DNA of 64,000 nucleotides from NCBI GenBank assembly GCA_963920595.1, contig OY986947.1, positions 4,464,001 through 4,528,000 of the forward strand. Reading direction: 5' to 3'. The first letter of the stretch is position 1; each line of letters opens with the position of its first letter. The stretch comes from Eimeria praecox (taxonomy: Eukaryota). The notes beneath the pieces were generated by a model. It was given only the letters and a program-made list of their open reading frames with translations, had not been told where the DNA came from and made no database searches. Made by a program: the position numbers and the translations under genes. Below, one piece after another: positions 50,501 through 64,000 of the stretch.

Positions 50501-53478
50501 TAATACAGTATCTCTGGGGATAGGGGACGGCGCGAACGACGTGGGTATGTTGATTGCTGCAAATGTGGGAGTTGGAATTCGAGGCAAAGAAGGCCTTCAA
50601 GCTGTTCGTGCTGCGGACTTTTCTATTACTGAGTTCAAGTATGTTGTTTGTTTGCTTAACATTATTTGTTTGACTTTATTTAACTGTGTTTGTTTGTTTG
50701 CTTATCATTGTCTCCCTATTTGTGTTTGTTTGGCCATTCGTTTGTTCAAACGAGTTCGTTTAACTCTCCTTCTCTCTTTGTTCTTGGGTTGGATGTTGCT
50801 TATTCAACTTTGTTTCTTGTCATACATGTTGTTGTTTGCTTGATTGCTTTGAAAGTTGTTTGTTTGTTGGTTTTGTGATGATGGTTTTTCTTGTCTAGTG
50901 GTATATTTCTTTCCTTCATTCTCTTTTTTCTTCTTTTCTTTTCTTTTTCTTTTGTTCTTTTCTTTCATTTTCTTTATTTTCTGTGTCCTCCATCTTTCCC
51001 GTTGACCTGATTTCCCTTCCTTTCTTCTTTCCCTTATCACTTTCAACTTATTTTCTTTCTTCTTCCCTCATTTTTTCTCCTCTTCTCTTTGTTACCTTTG
51101 TCATTTGCAATTTTGGTTTTCTCTAGTGTTTGATGATCTGCTGCGTTCCATGGCCTGCTTTGTTGTGATGCTTCTGCTCGTATAGTACAACAGTTGAATA
51201 GTAGAAACCTGAACGAAGCACCAAAGTGTTTATTGTGAATAATGTGTTTAATTGAAATATTGTTACAAGGTGTTTTCCGCTGCTTCTGATAGCGGAGGTT
51301 CTCCCTAACTATGCATTCGTTGCTGTTTGAGGTGTCAGCCATAGTCCAGCCTTGAAACACATAAACTATTTCTCACTGAGCTGCATGCAAAGAAGACTGC
51401 AGCAGAGAACGTCTTCTATAGTACCCACATTGTCCTTCGCTTACATGTATTCGCTTCTTATGATGTAGGTACCTTAAGAACCTCCTTTTCTGTCATGGAG
51501 CCGAAGCTCTTCGCCGCAATTCATTTCAAATCTATCAGACAATTTGGAAGAATGTTGTGTTCGGGCTTGCAGATTTTTTCTATGCTTTTGTTTCAGCATG
51601 GTCAGCCGCAGATTTGTTTAACTCGTGGCTGAAACAACTGTTTAATGTTCTTTACACCACATTACCAGTGGTACTTTACTCCATTTTTGACCGCCAACTC
51701 CCCATGGAGGTGACGCTTCAAACACCCGTTCTCTACCCAGCCTTTGCAAGTGAGGCATCGCTGTTAGCATATCACAGCAGGAGAAACCCGAAGACGGATG
51801 TAGCTGAGTGGCACATCTCATAAGCTGTCTGTTGCCAGCCTTAGTGATCTAACCCATACATTCCACATGCAGCGAAATGCTTGTGTACTCTACAAACAAC
51901 ACGCTTGAGGCTTGATCCTCATATTCAGGGATCCCCTGACACTGTGTATGGTCGAGGTGATGCCTTTCCTGCGTTTGTTTGTTGTCTACAGAGTTGGGGG
52001 TTCAGCGTTTTGCCGGCGCGGGTTTATTTTGGCGTTGGTTTGTATACGCGTTGTTTACGGCGTGTTGTTGCGTTTTTATTCCTCTTTATGGCCTCGGCTG
52101 GGGTATTGGAAACTCGCAGAAAGAAGGGCATTTGACGTTAAGCGTCCGGTTTGAAGGCAGTTGTATATTTTGGGCAATCATCATGGTGAGATTTGAATTA
52201 GAAGTTCAAAAGGATTAATTCATTGAATTAAGGTCAATTCCCTTTATACTTACTGACGTATTCGACTACAAGACTTTCGACAGGAATGCGAATATGGGGT
52301 GTATGTGCAGGTCTGTAATCTGATCATCATTCCATACTTGCATACATGGTTTTGGTTTATATGGTTAGCAGTATTTCTAGACTTTGGATTTTGGTTTCTT
52401 TCGGCCGGAGTTTGTCCTTTAGTTCCCGGCGATTATTGCCCGGATTTGTATGGAGCGCTTCGAGCCACTCATTCTCTAAGCCGGCATTATTTTTCAGCTT
52501 TGCTGGCAGTCGTCGTGGTGCTAATGCCTCCTTTTTTGAATTGGTTTTACGTGGTAAGTTGAATCCGGTGTTCAAATTAGGCAATTTACTTCTTTTCTTC
52601 TGCTGCAACGTTGAAGGAGAGAGAAAGCTAAGCGCTTTCTATGTTAGCGGCATTCAGATTCTTGTTGCCATGCACAGATCTCATTGATCTATCTACATGG
52701 GACAGCGCGAAGGAAATTGAATATTATATTATATATATATTATATATATATATTATTATTATATATATATTGTGTGTTTTATGATTATTTTAACGGGTTT
52801 TGTCTTTTTCAGACAATGTTCCGACCTTCAGCCCAGTGCATCATTCGCGAACGCATTGCCTTAGGAGTGTTTGACGTAGTGGTGGCGCCAAGAGGAAACG
52901 CAAAGACAGTAGTAGTAGTGCCGAAGACGCACAGCGAAGAATGGAGAGGATACGCTTTTGCAGAGCAGGTGAAGCCCTTTCTGCCTTTATTTTATTTGTC
53001 CTGAGTCTTAGAAACATGAAGGAGATGCCGCATGCAGCAGCTGCACAGATCCTCCTCGCATCAAATTCAACAGTGCAGCAGTAACAGCATCAACAGCACA
53101 CAGCCGTATGTGCTGTCTTATTCAGACGGAGTCATTTGGGGGTTGTATTGCGGTTTTATTGTGCTTCTTTATTTGCTGGTTACTGCTGCTTAGGACCGCA
53201 CGCGCCTTGGGCATCATCGGCTGTCTATGATGCTCTACGATTATAGTTCTTCAAACTCAGGGAAAGGTGAGTTGCTGCAGACAGCTTCTGCTGCTGGTCG
53301 TCCTCCGTGCAGGGCGCACCTCCAGGCTGCAAGCTTCCGTCCACGCAGCAGCAGGAGCAGCAGCACGATGCATCAACAGCAGCAGCAAGAACAACCGGAT
53401 GCTGCTGCTGCTGGGGTGCCCCGTAAAGTATCTATTACAACCAATGCAGCAGCAGCTGGCGCAGCAGGTCAGCGCTAA
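42257..53478 (+). CDS. P4-type ATPase (phospholipid flippase), multi-exon with polyQ/A/S insertions
   Basis: N..RTTQYTWWSFLPLNL; DGETNLK; YTGHQT; PITL; DELG...SDKTGTLTQN; SSPDE; RKRMSV..KGAD; GLRTL; VLTGDKLETA; ACRVSPKQK; GDGANDV; GKEGLQAVRAADF; LLFCHG; C-terminal GYAFAE. Confidence 0.95.
44640..50485. repeat. Clusters of telomere-like (TTTAGGG)n heptamers in P4-ATPase introns; the cluster at 46769-46822 is in AAACCCT orientation
   Basis: Arrays at about 44787-44835, 45320-45355, 48025-48064, 49190-49370, 49837-49998 and 50184-50213. Confidence 0.95.
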
Positions 53479-54890
53479 CAGCCCGCGGGCTTTTGCAGAA
53501 CGTTTAGACAATAACAAACTCACAAAAAAGAAACAAATGCACTATCAGTGGGGGTGAAAGAAACAACAGGAAATACTCAGAAACATGTACAGGCGGCGGA
53601 CTCGTTAGTGTTGATAGCAGCTGAAACTGTCCCCCGTTTTTCTGCTGCATACGTAGGACCAGTAGAACAGGCAATTGGCGAGCTAGCTAGCTAGCTAGAT
53701 AGCTAGCTAGCTCGCCAGGGGCTTACTTCTGATGCAGCGGTGGCACAGACGACGTGGCAGCTGCTTCTTATTATCTGTTGCTGCATACAGTGGAGTTGCT
53801 GCTGCTGCTGCCTTAGGTACTAAGGCGGGAGAGATTAGTACTTTGGTGTGTGTGCGTGAGTGTTTGTATTACAATATTGTGTATACAATGTAGTGTTCAG
53901 TATTAATCTCTCCTTAGGATTTCTGCCTACAGGGGCATTCAATAGACAATGTAGCGGCTACTCATTTTCTGTGTATTGACTCTCGTATAATAGTATAAAA
54001 CAAATAAAGAGGAATATATCTCTCAAAAAAACAATAAATGAAGTAGATAGGTGCGTATACACTTGCATAGAACACAACCGTCCCACCCCCTGTCTGTCTT
54101 GCCTCTTCACCGTGAAGCACAAAGACGGGCTATTGTGCCTGCGAAATACTTTTAAAATATAAATCTACACGGCAATTTAATGATAAAAAACAAATAACAC
54201 CACAAAGCAAACACCGAATTCAATCTTCTTATATATTCGTTATAGGGGGAGCAGTGCTGGGCGTCCACTCCCACACAGGCAGCATGATTGTTTTGAAGGA
54301 AATATGTTTTTTTAAGAAAATATGTTTATTTAGTGTTGTTAATAACATGTTAATACATTTATTACCTCAAAAACAACATCTTAACATCCTTAATATATCG
54401 TTTCCAATCCGCTGCAGCACCGGTGGCAGCAGCCGTATACCTACCGCCGCGAGCCTCGCTGCATGCACTGAGAGGCCAGCGCATGCAAAGAACAAACATA
54501 TAATATCTTCAGTATCCTCCTTTTCTGAGTTTTTACAACACGTAGAACCGCCAGTCACTTGTTGCTACTGTAGACAGTTGTGCCGCAGCTAAGCTGTCAC
54601 CGCTCCCCGAGCAGCCGGGGCAACGGCTGCAGCTGCTGGAGTCTCAGCAGCAGCAGCAGCAGCAGCAGCAGCTAACAGCAGCAAGACATTCAAGATTCAC
54701 ACACAAGTGCTTCTCGCACCTACCAGCTGAATACACACGTGCCGCAGAAGCAGCTGCTTCTGCCGCTGCTGCTGTAGGATCCGTTGCTGCTGGCCCTGCA
54801 GCAATGGGCAGGGGTCAGAAGAAGCCATTGAGTGTAGATACACTGCAGCTGCATCACGACACTGGAGCTGCTGCTGTTGCAGCGCATGCA

Positions 54891-54922
<32 letters not shown>

Positions 54923-55013
54923 GCCAGCGTCAATAACAGGCTGACCAGCAAGCAGCACGCCGCTGCTGCGGTCGCCCTAATACACAAGCACAGCCAGTGT
55001 TGCTCTAGGAGGG

Positions 55014-63700
<8,687 letters not shown>

Positions 63701-63827
63701 GGGAGCTAGATAAATATGCAGCAACCACAGCTGCCTGTTTACAAAGAGGAGAGACAGCAGCAAAACAGAAACGAGCAGCAGCAACAAAAACGAATGAGGG
63801 TATTCACAATTCAAACGGTGTCAGCCA

Positions 63828-63879
<52 letters not shown>

Positions 63880-64000
63880 TGCTGGGGAGGTGCCGTGCTG
63901 CGACGCCGCACAGGGGCTGATGACTGCAGCAGCAACGATAGAAAGTCTGTCTGCAGATGCTGCTCTTGCTGCTGCTGCTGCTGCTGCTGCTGCGTTAGTA

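Overview
Eukaryotic, intron-rich DNA from a coccidian apicomplexan (Eimeria/Cyclospora-like). This is inferred from the CAG/CTG tracts, intronic telomere-like TTTAGGG heptamers, (AGCT)n, TGCATGCA motifs and gene content. The window has three zones. (1) 1-35.4 kb is gene-dense and repeat-poor. It holds rhomboid ROM2, an RluA/RluD-family pseudouridine-synthase-like gene whose catalytic Asp appears lost, an SR splicing factor with a candidate poison exon, a candidate divergent uS10, a secreted tandem YbaY/YscW-like protein, Sas10/Utp3 with Lcp5-like motifs, a single-TM protein, RRP8 and an MFS transporter. (2) 35.4-41.3 kb has no recognisable genes but contains a decayed 28S rRNA fragment and diverged repeats. 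(3) 41.3-64 kb is repeat-rich and holds a P4-ATPase flippase and a polyQ-extended PRMT. Exon structures were reconstructed by hand from GT-AG sites and reading-frame continuity. Family assignments rest on recalled motifs, not database searches.
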